Shown: positions 32,858 to 43,585 of the stretch, one piece after another
Numbering within the stretch: the stretch's first letter is position 1
How the letters are laid out: each line of letters opens with the position of its first letter
Source: Candidatus Bathyarchaeota archaeon
GTDB taxonomy: Archaea > Thermoproteota > Bathyarchaeia > Bathyarchaeales > DTEX01
Direction: 5' to 3'
Length of the DNA stretch: 64,000 nucleotides
NCBI GenBank assembly: GCA_963714275.1
Contig: CAVQNT010000006.1
Location: 288,001-352,000, forward strand
Position numbers and translations under genes: made by a program
The notes under the pieces: model-generated
What the model saw: the letters and a program-made list of their open reading frames with translations, nothing else
What the model was told of the DNA's origin: nothing
Database searches by the model: none

Positions 32858-34188
32858 TTGATTGATTTGGGTTTAAGAAAGAAATTTGTGGATGGCTTGA
32901 AGGTTTTTGTAGGACATAAAATCGCCACAGACGCCACTGAAACCATCGGCATCAGGGGGGCTGGAGCACAGAGCCAAGCAACTTTCGGCGACCCGATAAG
33001 TGACGCTGATCTTCTTTTCGCTGTTAAGAGGGAGCCTGTTGCTCACAGAATCGTCTTTATGGTTGCGCACGACATTTTTGACAACTGGTTCAGCGTTAAC
33101 GTCGTAGGCGAAAAGCAGGACACAAAATTTAATGATCAGATCCAAGCGGTTTTGGAGGATGAGGACCTTAATGCGAAAGCGGTCTTCACGGAGATGGCTG
33201 TTTACGAAAGGCTTTTCGGAGAAGCAATAATCGTCGTTGGATTCTCTGATTATGGGAAAGACCTGTCGAAGCCTGTTAAGGATCCTCAAAGCATCGAGGA
33301 CCTTGTTGCTTACAGTCCCCTCGAGTTCACTGTGCAATCTGCTGATGTAGACCAAGATCCGTAAAAGTCCTCGTTTTGGGCTTCCAGAATTTTACACGCT
33401 TTACCAGGGCAGCCAAAGGGTTAGGGTGCATTACAGCCGTGTGATCCATTTTGCCACAAGACTGTTAGATCATCCTTACAGGGGTCTCAGCGTCCTTGAG
33501 CCCGTGTATGATGACCTCACCGTCTTGCGGAACATCCGCTGGGGTCTTGGGCAAACAATTGTTCGTTATGGTAGCGGTTTCCCAGACATTTTGTTGAAGG
33601 GTAAAGACGCAGACAAGATTGATGAGTTTATTCTCAGTAAACAGATGGAGACCGTTAACGCCAGGACATATTTTGTGCATAACGAAAATCAAGAAGCTTG
33701 AGTTTAAGGGCGTAGGCGGAGTTACGCTTGACCCTGAAAAGTATTATGTGCCCATAATGGAAAGCATCAGCGCAGGCTCAGGGATTCCGCTGGCCATTCT
33801 ACGAGGTGCCCAGGCTGGAGCATTAACGGGGTCAGAGGTTAACGAACGGGAATATTTCAAGATTGTTAGTGACGCTCAAAGCCGTTACGAGCCTGGAGTC
33901 CGAGCCTTAATTGACATGCTTATTGAGTGTGGACAGATCCGCTGGTTCTACAATGTGCCTAAAAAGTATCGGATCAGTTGGGGAGGAGGCTTCGAGGTTA
34001 ACGAGAAGGACCGGGCTGCAACTCAACTCTCAATTGCACAGGCTTTGAGTGTCCGCTCGAACTGGATGACCTTGAACGAGATCAGGGCGTCCATGGATCC
34101 TCCGCTTGAGCCATTACCAGGACCACAGGGAGAAATCGTCCTTGGATTAGAGAAGTTACAGTCACAAAAATTGTTGTCGCCTGCTTGA
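32858..34188 (+). CDS. Viral portal protein (DUF1073-like), two frameshifts
   Basis: YERLFGEAIIVVG, VHYSRVIHF, GLSVLEPVYDDL, SGIPLAILRG, TLNEIR; first gene of the head operon. Confidence 0.85.
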
Positions 34189-34200
34189 GGAAACCGAAAA

Positions 34201-35055
34201 ATGATGAAGATTGGAACAGTCTCTTGTTGAGTTGGATTCGACAAAGATCCTGAAGGAAGACGAAGACGAATTAGTCCTTCCTGGCATCCTTGCTCGTGAA
34301 GGCGTTTTCCCTTATCCTGAAGGACGAGCGTTTAGGCCTCGGAAAGAGTTGGAGAAAGAGCATGATAACTTTTGAGGGTGCAGAAGTGGTCGGTAAGAAG
34401 CACCCTGAAACCATGATTGTAACCGATCCTGACCTCATCATCGGCAAGGTTTACCATGCAAACATTGACGAGAAGGGTTCGGTTCACGGAGAAGTTCACC
34501 TCTATCAAAAAATTGATTTCTGACGATTTAATAGCGGGGATTAAGTCAGGCGTTTTCTCGAAAAACAGCATGGGATTCCTTTACATGGAAGATGCGACGA
34601 AAGGCGAATTTAACGGTCAAGCGTATGATTATGTGCAGCGGAAGATCAAGGTTGACCATATTGCTGTTGGGGTGCCCTATCCGAGAGACCCGGGCTGCGT
34701 CCTTGGCGTCGACGACTTTTCGAGCGAAATTAAGATTGGGCTGGATCCCTGGGAGGAAACTGAGGACTTTATTCGTAGCGGTCACAAGGAGCCCAGCGAC
34801 ACTTGCAGGACGATTGTTATAAGCGAAGATCAAGGCATCAAGGCTGTTTACTGCAAATACGGGGACAGCTGGGACATTCAGAGCTTCCTTTTCGCTAAGG
34901 CAAAGAACTGGAGTATGGAGAAGGCGAAGGCTTGGTTTAGAGAACATAAAGATGCTGTTGACAGCAAGATCAAGGCTGAAATTTGTGGGATAAATGTGGA
35001 TTGCTGTCTCATCGCCTTTTCAGAGATTGAGAGGTCAAAAGGGCTTGTTTCATAG
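34201..35055 (+). CDS. DUF2213-type prohead protease, frameshifted
   Basis: LAREGVFPY, HP, SMGF, YDYVQRKIKVDHIAVG..RDPGC; position after the portal. Confidence 0.75.
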
Positions 35056-35154
35056 TCACTAGATTTCAACAATTTAGGGATAGAATTGCATCGAGATGAT
35101 GATGCTGAGACTCACGACGGGTCTTTAAACTAGCAAAAAAATGGAAAAAAGAAA

Positions 35155-35587
35155 ATGTCAAATCAGGACGGGTCAGGTGCGGAACAAAACAAAGCCATAA
35201 AGGTTACTATTGACCAGGTGATGGCGGAAAACCTAAGTTTGAAGCAGATAGTTCAAGATCTGGACCAAACTGTGAAGGATCTTACTTCTCAGCTTAAGGC
35301 TGCGAATGACATGCTTGAAGCGCAAGCGAGGGCGAAGTTGATTGCGGAAATCAAACCCCGCAGCAGATATTCTGATGAGGACTTAACGAAACTTTCGCTT
35401 GACGAACTTAACAAACATCAAGGTTACGCTTGACAACGCTAAGATGCCGAATTTCAAGAACATCCACTTCGGTCCACTTGGGATTGCGGAAGCGAAGGAC
35501 GAGGGACTAACCGTAGGAGACCTATCGGTTGTCGCGGAAGCTAAACGCAAACAGGGAGGAACTAGTTATGCCACAATTTCTCGTTAA
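35155..35587 (+). CDS. Putative capsid scaffolding protein, frameshifted
   Basis: Coiled-coil ORF between protease and capsid genes. Confidence 0.5.
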
Positions 35588-36041
35588 ACCCGCGAACCAA
35601 GTAGTGGTTCAGGGCAACCCCATAAAGGTTGAATATGAAATCGGTGCTAATGCTACTAGTGATTGTGTTCCTGGAGCCCTTGTAATCTATGACACTGTTG
35701 CCCACGCCGTTCAAGAGGCTGGAGCCGAAGCTGACAATGTCTTAGGATTTCTCGACGTCGCAGCGGAATATCTTGAAGCTACACACTACGAGGTAGGCGA
35801 CCAAGTCCTAGTTGTCATGGGTGAATGTATCGCTAAGCTAACTTTGTTAGCAAGCGAAAGCGTCGCCCCTGGAGACTGGCTGGTGGCTGCTGGAGACGGA
35901 AAGGTCAAGAAACGCGCTGTTGGTGCTATGGGAAGCCAGGGAAGTCCGATCGGACAAGCTTTGGAAATTAGCAACGTTACTGTTGACGCTGAGATATTGG
36001 TTCATTGGATTCCGTGCGCTGAGCCTGCTGCTGCAAGTTAA
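35568..36041 (+). CDS. Putative capsid decoration/cement protein
   Basis: Ala/Gly/Val-rich, PGDWLVAAGDGKV..IGQALE; immediately upstream of the major capsid gene. Confidence 0.6.
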   Translation: MPQFLVKPANQVVVQGNPIKVEYEIGANATSDCVPGALVIYDTVAHAVQEAGAEADNVLGFLDVAAEYLEATHYEVGDQVLVVMGECIAKLTLLASESVAPGDWLVAAGDGKVKKRAVGAMGSQGSPIGQALEISNVTVDAEILVHWIPCAEPAAAS

Positions 36042-36052
36042 GGTGATATGAA

Positions 36053-36932
36053 ATGAAACCACTTATCAAGAGTTGGGTTAGAAACAGGTTCCTTAACTGA
36101 TGAAGAACTCCGTTACCTTGATAGCAGAGTTGTCCAGACAGTGAGACCTCTGCTTGTTGGTAGGCGGTTGTATCCAGTGTTCAGGCTTCCAAACGCAGGC
36201 GTAAAAACCGTGCGTGGATGGAAAGAAACGGATATGAGCCAAGCGACGATTGACATGAATGGACAAGTTGACGCTTTTGACAGGATTGAACTCGCAGAAT
36301 TCGACATTAAAGTGCCAGTGATCAGTAAAGGCTTCAGGCTTAACTGGAGAGACATTCTTGCTTCCCGCAACGGAGGGATTCCGATTGACGCTCGAAGCAT
36401 GGAGAATGCTGCTCGACAGTGCGCTGAAGAAGAAGATAAACTACTGTTGACAGGAGAAACCGCAGCTTGGAAGGCTCTGGGAATCGAAGGATTAGCTACT
36501 GCTACGGGCAAAGAAACTCAGGGTTCAGGTGGAGCTTGGGGAGCAAGCAGCATCGTTGACGTTAGTGATTGCATTGCTAAGCTCGAGGCAGGTGGACACT
36601 ACGGTCCTTACGCTTTAGTCTTAAGGTCAGCGTGGTATGCGAAGCTGAGAGCATTGATTGCTAACACAGGCATCTTTTATCTTGAAAAGGTGGCTGAGCT
36701 CGTGAAGGCTGGAATCTTCGTGAGCGACAACCTCTATTCAAGCGCTGACGCGACAAACAATCGCTTTAGTTGTTGAGCCCATCAGGAAAACTTTGAGCTC
36801 GTAGTCGGACAAGACATGAACACTTGGACTGTGCAAGACGAAAACATGAACACTAAAGGTAAAGTCTACGAAGTCGTGGCGCCCCGCATCAAAAGACCTG
36901 CATCAATCTGTATTCTTACAGGATTATCTTAG
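36053..36932 (+). CDS. Major capsid protein, HK97 fold, resembling family 1 encapsulin (Linocin M18); frameshifted at both ends
   Basis: LVGRRL, VPVISKGFRLNWRDI, AARQCAEEEDKLLLTG, GIEGL, GPYALVL, FELVVGQD, PRIKRPASIC. Confidence 0.85.
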
Positions 36933-36959
36933 GGCGCCAGGTAATCCTTCACGTTCTTT

Positions 36960-36977
36960 CCCCCGTTTTTTAGGGGC
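36960..36977 (+). terminator. GC hairpin with T-rich loop after the capsid gene
   Basis: CCCCGTTTTTTAGGGG; a similar hairpin lies at ~40675-40691. Confidence 0.4.
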
Positions 36978-36999
36978 AACATCGTAAAAAACAAAAATA

Positions 37000-37332
37000 A
37001 TGGAGAAAAAAGGATTGCCAGAACTAATAGCGTATGCGGGACCGATAGAGACGACAGATGATTACGCAACAGCATTGAAAGTTAAGCTTCCACCACAAAT
37101 CGACAAGGCGATGGTTCACATCAAGGAGCTTGACGTCAACGATATCAAATGGAAGATTCTCGGCAGCATCGACGACAGCATCTATTTCGAGCAGATGGCT
37201 GAGGCAACTGTAAGCCAAGATGATTCTGACGTCGACGAAGTAACAAAAGCGTGGATCTATCTTGACGTTCAAGTGAAGTCTGCTGTATCTAACACTTCAG
37301 GCGAGATTTCGGTTGCAGTTTCAGGAGCCTAG
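37000..37332 (+). CDS. Hypothetical viral protein
   Basis: 110-aa beta-rich ORF downstream of the capsid gene. Confidence 0.55.
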   Translation: MEKKGLPELIAYAGPIETTDDYATALKVKLPPQIDKAMVHIKELDVNDIKWKILGSIDDSIYFEQMAEATVSQDDSDVDEVTKAWIYLDVQVKSAVSNTSGEISVAVSGA

Positions 37333-37337
37333 AGCGA

Positions 37338-37576
37338 TGAAGTTCAGGATCTTACCGAAAACTAAAAGCTTCAGTGATGCTCACGGTAACATATTTTATC
37401 CTGGTGACGTCGTGGATCTCCCTGTTTCTTACCTTGGAGAGACATGGCTTGAGCCCGTGGACAAGGTTGACGTCAAAAAGCCTGAGTCCAAGACTGAACC
37501 CTATGTTCGGACATTGGTTGTCCCTTTAGAGACCTCGAAGACGCAGAAGAAGGTAAAAAAAAAGTTAAAGTCCTAA
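37338..37576 (+). CDS. Small hypothetical viral protein
   Basis: IFYPGDVVDLP with basic tail, typical of small head-associated proteins. Confidence 0.5.
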
Positions 37577-38169
37577 TCGGCGTTCCATGCCTAAATGATA
37601 AGGACAGGTATGCAGGATACAGGAATCAAAGCTTAAGTGCTGCTTTACTGTCGATCGGAGACGTAGAACACAGCGTTTATGTTTCTCAAAATTCCAGGGC
37701 AATCGAGGTTAACGGGATCGTTGAATGCGACAACGATATTGTCTCTTATTTTTTGAGCAAAGATTTCTCGCATCTCTGGATGGTTGAGCTTGACACCATT
37801 GTCCCCAAGGATGCTTTCCCCAAACTTTTTGGTTTAGACGTTGACATCGCTCTCGGCTTTTACCCTAGCCACCGTGACTTTTATAGGCTGATCGCTGGGT
37901 GGATCGGTGAGGATGCAAAGGTCTATTATCTTCCACGTTTTGCGTTGAAGGGTCAGGTCCTTAAGGGCTGGGTGTTTGCTGGGACCGGATGTATGCTCGT
38001 TAAGAGAAGGGTGTTCGAGAATGGGGGAGTCCGTTTCAAATATAATCCTGACGTCGGAGGACCTGACGTTACCTTCATGTTTGAAAGCCTGAGAAGAGGG
38101 TTTACTGCAGCCCTCCATGGAGACGTTGAATGCGGACACCTGCCTGAGTGGCCATTGAAGGAAGGTTGA
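37560..38169 (+). CDS. GT-A fold (GT2-like) glycosyltransferase; start uncertain
   Basis: VLIGVP, HLWMVELD, AGTGCMLVKRRVFE, GPDVTF, CGHL. Confidence 0.6.
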
Positions 38170-38173
38170 AGAC

Positions 38174-38449
38174 GTGGGTTCGAATAATGCACAATCTGGA
38201 ACCTCTTCGAAAAAATTAGTTGATAAACATAGAATTGTTGAAAAAAAGATTTTGTTCACTCTTTTGAATGGTCCTGTGAGACTTCGTGACATTTTGAAAC
38301 ATGCTTACAGAGACTCTGCACCCGTTTACAGTGGCACCCAGGTTGTTTATTGGTTAAGAGATAACGGTTACATCCAAAAAACGGGCAAAGGTCATAACGA
38401 CCCTTACATGATCACTGAACGGGGACGGAGATATTATGATTGCACCTGA
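38174..38449 (+). CDS. Winged-helix DNA-binding protein
   Basis: WLRDNGYIQK..YMITERGR. Confidence 0.6.
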   Translation: MGSNNAQSGTSSKKLVDKHRIVEKKILFTLLNGPVRLRDILKHAYRDSAPVYSGTQVVYWLRDNGYIQKTGKGHNDPYMITERGRRYYDCT

Positions 38450-38923
38450 CTCCAATAAAAAAGAAGATTTTAAAAGAGCACTATTGAGTGGGAAACAAAA
38501 CATAGCATACTCGTCGTAAGGGAAGACGGGAAATTCTTTCAAGTTTTTAGGATCCTGAAATTACGAGGGAAAATTAGTCCTTGGACCTGCTGGAAACAAA
38601 ACCGCATCTGCAAAAAGACACTGCACAGACCGCACTTAACCTGCCTCAATTGCAGAATCAGAAAATACGTGAACAGCGAAATACCTCAGACATTACAGGT
38701 TATCCCCTACATCTTGCTAGTTCAAACTAACCGTAAAAGATGGAAAAAAGCAGTCTGCAAGAAGCTGCTTTCAATCATAGAATTTCTAAGTTAAAAGTTA
38801 TGAAAATTTAAGATAAAATCCAAACTTCTCTCCGTAAAAAATAAAGAAAACACACAATGCAATAACATTTTAAATATCAAAAAAGAGTAATTCGGATTAA
38901 TCAAAGTAAAAGAGTGAATTGGA

Positions 38924-39277
38924 ATGTTTATAAATATTGTTAGATGGCGTGTTCCTAAAGCGAATAGTAAAAAGCAATTTGAGGTCTGGCGTGAAATTAT
39001 GGACTATCAGAGGTCTCATCCAGAGAAGGTTTACTACACTAGGTCTCGGTTCTTCACCTTTTCTGAAGAAGGGTCGTCTGAGGAAAACTGGATGTTTCTA
39101 GATGAGTATGAGGACCGTGAAGATTACGACAAATGGATGAAGGCTGTGCGTGAAGACCCAGAACTAATGAAACTCATGGACGATTGGTTCCCCAAATGGG
39201 ACGCTTTGATTGTTCCTGGGTCTAGGAAAGGAGAAGTCTGGACTGAAGTTGAGAAGCTCAGGGTCGAGTTCAAGTAA
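38924..39277 (+). CDS. Dimeric alpha/beta-barrel (DUF1428/NIPSNAP-like) protein
   Basis: RWRVPK..WMFLDEYEDREDYDKWM. Confidence 0.55.
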   Translation: MFINIVRWRVPKANSKKQFEVWREIMDYQRSHPEKVYYTRSRFFTFSEEGSSEENWMFLDEYEDREDYDKWMKAVREDPELMKLMDDWFPKWDALIVPGSRKGEVWTEVEKLRVEFK

Positions 39278-39416
39278 GTATGTGCGTTAAAAGTTAGCTG
39301 ACTCCCGAAATTATTAATCATGATTATCTCTTTTTTGCATTAAAGTTGTGTTGCGTGGTAAGTTATTTAGGTTTAGTTCAATAAAATTTTTATTTTTCAA
39401 TACTGAATAAATATTT

Positions 39417-39845
39417 ATGCCTTCAGTTAAGAGGATGTTTCTGGTTTGGCAAGGAAACTATCGTTTCACAGCGAAAAATGAAAAGGGGCTTTCTGTTAAT
39501 TTTGATGCTCCCTTACCAAATGGTGGAGAAGAAACTGCACTATCACCAATGGAGAATGTACTAGCAAGTTTAGCTGCATGCAGCAGTTATCATGTTGTAT
39601 CGATATTGAGAAAGAAGAGGCAAGATTTTTCAGGTTATTCAGTAGAAATGACAGCGGATAGAAGAGATGAACCACCGAGAATATTTACCAACATTCAGCT
39701 CAAGTACATCATTAAAGGAAAAAACATTAGTAAAGAGGCTGTTGAAAGCGCAATAAGACTTTCTGAAGAAAAATATTGCTCAGTCGGTGGAATGTTGAAG
39801 AACGCAGTAAAAATAACATCTTCATATGAGATATCTAAAGAATAA
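39417..39845 (+). CDS. OsmC/YhfA family protein
   Basis: SPMENVLASLAAC..LSEEKYCSV. Confidence 0.88.
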   Translation: MPSVKRMFLVWQGNYRFTAKNEKGLSVNFDAPLPNGGEETALSPMENVLASLAACSSYHVVSILRKKRQDFSGYSVEMTADRRDEPPRIFTNIQLKYIIKGKNISKEAVESAIRLSEEKYCSVGGMLKNAVKITSSYEISKE

Positions 39846-40057
39846 TAAGCCGACTAAAATATTGACTGCGAGAGCTACAGTTTTCCAAATTACAGGAAGT
39901 ATCTAGTTAAACAATAAGAACTTTCTTCCTTTGTACATCTTGTTCTTAAGCTTTGTTTCGAAGATATTCAAGTACATAATTGACATACTGGGTGGGGGAG
40001 TAACAGTTATATATATAACAATGTTACATATATGGCAATTAGGAGGAGATTAACAAA

Positions 40058-40453
40058 ATGTGCAGTTCGAATCGTTGCCATTGTTGGCATGATTACCCTG
40101 AACGAGGTTGGATACAGTTTCTCATGCTCAGAATTCTGTATGAGAAGCCGATGCACGGTTATCAGCTCATGGAAGAAATTGTGGAAAAAAGTTGTGGTTG
40201 CCACAAGATAAAAACAGGATCCATTTACACGCTTCTGAGAAGGATGGAAGAAAGAGGTCTGCTTGAGTCCAGATGGGAAAAGGTCGAAGGAGGACCGGAC
40301 AAAAGAGTCTACACTGTAACGGGGAACGGTGTTGAAGCGCTTAGAATGGGTCTCAAGTCGATTGTGAAGAGGAAAATGCTCTTCGACGATTTGGCAAGGT
40401 TCTACGTAGAACATTTCGAGAATAGTGAGGGAGGTGAAAAACCAGATGTGTAG
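40058..40453 (+). CDS. PadR family transcriptional regulator
   Basis: PMHGYQLM, GSIYTLLRRME, KRVYTVT. Confidence 0.9.
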   Translation: MCSSNRCHCWHDYPERGWIQFLMLRILYEKPMHGYQLMEEIVEKSCGCHKIKTGSIYTLLRRMEERGLLESRWEKVEGGPDKRVYTVTGNGVEALRMGLKSIVKRKMLFDDLARFYVEHFENSEGGEKPDV

Positions 40454-40655
40454 AGAAGAAGAAGATTGTTGTTGCGGTGGGGAAGCCCATGAGGGCCATC
40501 ACGGAGGGTTCAGCGGTCATCACGGTCGTCACATGGGCTACGGCTTTCCTTTGATGAGCATTGAGGAAGAGGTTAAGGTTCTGGAAAAGATGAAGACGAC
40601 CTTTGAGGAACGCTTGGATATCGTGAACAAGCGGCTAGAGATTCTGAAGCGCTAA
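40446..40655 (+). CDS. Small Cys/His-rich protein with C-terminal coiled coil (DUF5320-like)
   Basis: CCCGG..HEGHHGG..EEEVKVLEKMK..RLEILK. Confidence 0.55.
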   Translation: MCREEEDCCCGGEAHEGHHGGFSGHHGRHMGYGFPLMSIEEEVKVLEKMKTTFEERLDIVNKRLEILKR

Positions 40656-40710
40656 AACTTAACGCTTCAAATTTCCCCCGTTTTTTTGGGGATTAGCATA
40701 AGATCAGGAA

Positions 40711-41735
40711 GTGATGGTAAAGGTGCAAACAGAATATGCTGTTGAGGTTTCGAACTTAACAAAGAAGTATGGTGATCTAGTAGCTGTCGATCACGTAAAT
40801 TTCAGTGTAAGGAAGGGAGAGATTTTTGGGTTCCTAGGTCCAAATGGAGCAGGAAAGACGACTACGATACGGATGTTGACGGGAGTTTCAATCCCGACAG
40901 AGGGGACAGCAATAATCATGGGATATGACATCCAACGTCAACCCATTGAGGCCAAGGAGCAGATGGGAATAGTCCCCGATATCAGCAATGTCTATAATGA
41001 GCTCTCCGCTTGGGACAATCTCGTTTTCACTGGCAAACTCTACGACATGCCCAAGACATATCGGGAGAGTCGCGCCGAAGAACTACTCAAAATGTTCGGC
41101 CTTTATGAACGGAGGACAGAAAAAGTGCAAGGCTTTTCAAGAGGAATGAAGAGACGAATCTGCATTGCTATGGCTCTTATGAATAAGGCAAGCATCCTCT
41201 TCTTAGACGAGCCTACATCGGGCCTTGATGTACAGAGCGTCCTAATAATTCGAGATTTGATTAGAAGCTAAACCAGAAGGGGCTAGCAATCTTTGTCACA
41301 ACTCATAATATTGAGGAGGCAAACCAGATGTGCGACCGCGTAGCAATCATCAACCACGGTAAAATAGCAGCCATCGACACTCCTGAGAAGCTTAAAAGGA
41401 CGATGGAAAGCCTTCAGTCTGTTGAAGTCGCCTTCGAAACCACACCGCCAAGTGCCTTGAAGGAACTTGGTGAACTACAAAAAGTCAGCGAGGTGATGAA
41501 GGAAGGCGACAAGTTCAGACTCTTCACCCAAGAACCACCTAGCGTTCTGACCGAAATATGGCAATACTCCCAAAGTAACAACCTTAAGCTCGTTACCCTC
41601 AATACTCTCGGTCCGAGTTTGGAAGACGTTTTCGTGAAGCTAACAGGTATTGGACCTGCGACGGCAAAAGAGGAAACGGAAAAAACGGGTCCGAGCGACA
41701 TACAAAGAAAGACTCAGAGAAGGGGAGATCAATAA
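40711..41735 (+). CDS. ABC-2 exporter ATP-binding subunit, frameshifted
   Basis: GPNGAGKTT, FSRGMKRR, LFLDEPTSGLD, PSLEDVF. Confidence 0.9.
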
Positions 41736-42493
41736 TGGACAGACATTCAAGCCACTATGGCAGGGAGATACGAGTAGCATGGGCAATCACTGTCAAGGAC
41801 ATGCGTACCTACTACACGCGGCCACCATCCCTTATGTTCGGGATACTTTTTCCATTCAGCCTTTTCCTGTCGTTCAGCATCGGAAGGAACGTGCCTTTAG
41901 CTGCACAGATACCGATCCTTATTTCTCAGACACTCTTCTTTGCTTCATCTTCCATAGGTCCCGTGGTAATACCCAGCGAACGTGCCAACCAGACCTTTGA
42001 CAGGTTCTTAACCTCGCCAGTTTCCCTTCTCTCCATCCTAATTGGAAAGACTCTTGCTGGAATCATCTACGGCGCTGGAATATCCGTCATTCCCGTCTTA
42101 GTTGGTATAGTCTTCTTCGGATCTCAGATAACCAACTTTGGAGCCTTGATTGCTTGCTTTGCGCTGTCCTCTCTCGCCTTCTCAGCATTAGGAATCATGT
42201 TTGCCTCAATTCCAGGTCAAACTCCAGGTCAGGTGATGATGCCTCTCAACTTCGTTCGCATACCCCTACTCTTCATAAGCGGTGTCTACTCACCTATCCG
42301 AGAGCTGCCAACATGGATGCAGGTGGTCTCTATGCTTTCGCCTCTGACTCACACCGTTGAACTCGCGAGATATGCCTCAGGCGGAGAGACCTTCTTCGGT
42401 CCAATCCTCAACACAGTAATTCTAACAATATATGCTGCGGCTTTCCTCTTCATAGGTATTCGTTTCCACATTATGAATCAGCGTAAGGAGTAA
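41735..42493 (+). CDS. ABC-2 exporter permease
   Basis: Six TM segments, FISGVYSP..LPTW..SPLTH. Confidence 0.88.
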   Translation: MDRHSSHYGREIRVAWAITVKDMRTYYTRPPSLMFGILFPFSLFLSFSIGRNVPLAAQIPILISQTLFFASSSIGPVVIPSERANQTFDRFLTSPVSLLSILIGKTLAGIIYGAGISVIPVLVGIVFFGSQITNFGALIACFALSSLAFSALGIMFASIPGQTPGQVMMPLNFVRIPLLFISGVYSPIRELPTWMQVVSMLSPLTHTVELARYASGGETFFGPILNTVILTIYAAAFLFIGIRFHIMNQRKE

Positions 42494-42525
42494 CGTGAAA
42501 ATCTGTAGGAAGGTGGAGAAGGCAT

Positions 42526-42837
42526 TTGGGATTAGAGGTCTGGGATTTAATTAAATTAGCAGAATTTTCAAAGACTCAAAGAGTTAAGAAAGAACTTTGT
42601 AAGACAAAGTGGTTCAATATTGTCCTTGTTTGTCTTGAAACTGGTCAGGAGATTCCTCCTCGTCCAGAACCTTATGAGGTTTGCTTCTATGTTATAGAAG
42701 GCCAAGGCACTTTTACGGTAGGCGACAAACAAGCAGAACTGAACGCAGGTTCAATGATTTTTGCTCCTGCCAATGTTGCACGCGGAATAAAAAGCGCAAA
42801 ACGTTTAAGCGTCCTTGGAATACAGCAGGCACACTAA
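42526..42837 (+). CDS. Cupin domain protein
   Basis: LETGQEIP..FYVIEGQG..IFAPANVARG. Confidence 0.8.
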   Translation: MGLEVWDLIKLAEFSKTQRVKKELCKTKWFNIVLVCLETGQEIPPRPEPYEVCFYVIEGQGTFTVGDKQAELNAGSMIFAPANVARGIKSAKRLSVLGIQQAH

Positions 42838-42925
42838 TCTCTGGATTGTGGAAAAATAAATAGAAAGACATCCACAACTCTAATGTAACCTCGAATATGT
42901 TACGCTTGGGCATTATATCTTTTAG

Positions 42926-43249
42926 TTAGATGGTCCAGTAAGAATGAAGCTTCAAGTCTTTACTTTTCACTTCGGCTCTCACAAATTCCACGACGTCTTC
43001 GTCCCTTATGTAAAGGTTTCCTGACTTGTCAGTGTGCAACGGTATGCCTGTCTTTCTAAGGCGATTCCCAACTGCGTTATCAATAAAAACATATTGTTTT
43101 TCGACAGCTGGCAAGATAAGCCTGAGACCTGTAAGGTGTCTAGCTGATACTCCCCGTTCAATATTGTAAGCAATGCTTTTGGGAGCATGCTCGATAATTA
43201 GTCGCTTGAACTCATCCCACGAATTCACCCTAACAACTCTATCGTTCAA
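42926..43249 (-). CDS. Conserved hypothetical protein
   Basis: MNDRVVRVNSWDEFKRL reads from the reverse complement (TTG at 43249, TAA at 42926); the ORF track labels it '+'. Confidence 0.6.
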   Translation of the reverse strand: MNDRVVRVNSWDEFKRLIIEHAPKSIAYNIERGVSARHLTGLRLILPAVEKQYVFIDNAVGNRLRKTGIPLHTDKSGNLYIRDEDVVEFVRAEVKSKDLKLHSYWTI

Positions 43250-43324
43250 ACACGTGATTCCCTCATTCTATCGCAATCACAGACCGTATACAAGTCAGGT
43301 ATGACTGTAAGTCGAGTCAACTAG

Positions 43325-43582
43325 CTAGACCCTTAAAATAGCATCTTCGAGATTTTTCTCGTCAAAATCTGAAGGTATCTTGATTTTTCCATTTACAACC
43401 ACGCACGTGTCTTGTACTCCGTATTTCGACGCTTCAGATGACTTGATTGACTTTGTTTGAACTTCTACCGAATCTTTGAACTTCAACGTTACATGTACCA
43501 CTTTTTCCATGAGCGGCGCGAAATTGCAGACACAAGAGCCTAGAGGCACAAAGACTTCGACCTTGATTTTATTATTCTTCAT
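43325..43582 (-). CDS. Small thioredoxin-fold protein
   Basis: KVEVF..SCVC..KYGV..VVVNG. Confidence 0.6.
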   Translation of the reverse strand: MKNNKIKVEVFVPLGSCVCNFAPLMEKVVHVTLKFKDSVEVQTKSIKSSEASKYGVQDTCVVVNGKIKIPSDFDEKNLEDAILRV

Positions 43583-43585
43583 CTT

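Noticed and set aside
32858-34188. Anti-CBASS Acb1 label often attached to DUF1073 proteins
   Set aside because: Size, motifs and position ahead of the protease and capsid genes indicate a portal; no 2H-phosphoesterase HxT motifs were noticed.
36053-36932. Cellular encapsulin nanocompartment operon
   Set aside because: Flanked by portal, protease, scaffold and decoration genes with no cargo enzyme, so treated as a viral capsid.
42926-43249. ORF-track strand label '+' for 42926-43249 and 43006-43188
   Set aside because: Both translations read from the reverse complement. The first is annotated on the minus strand; the second is a shadow ORF.
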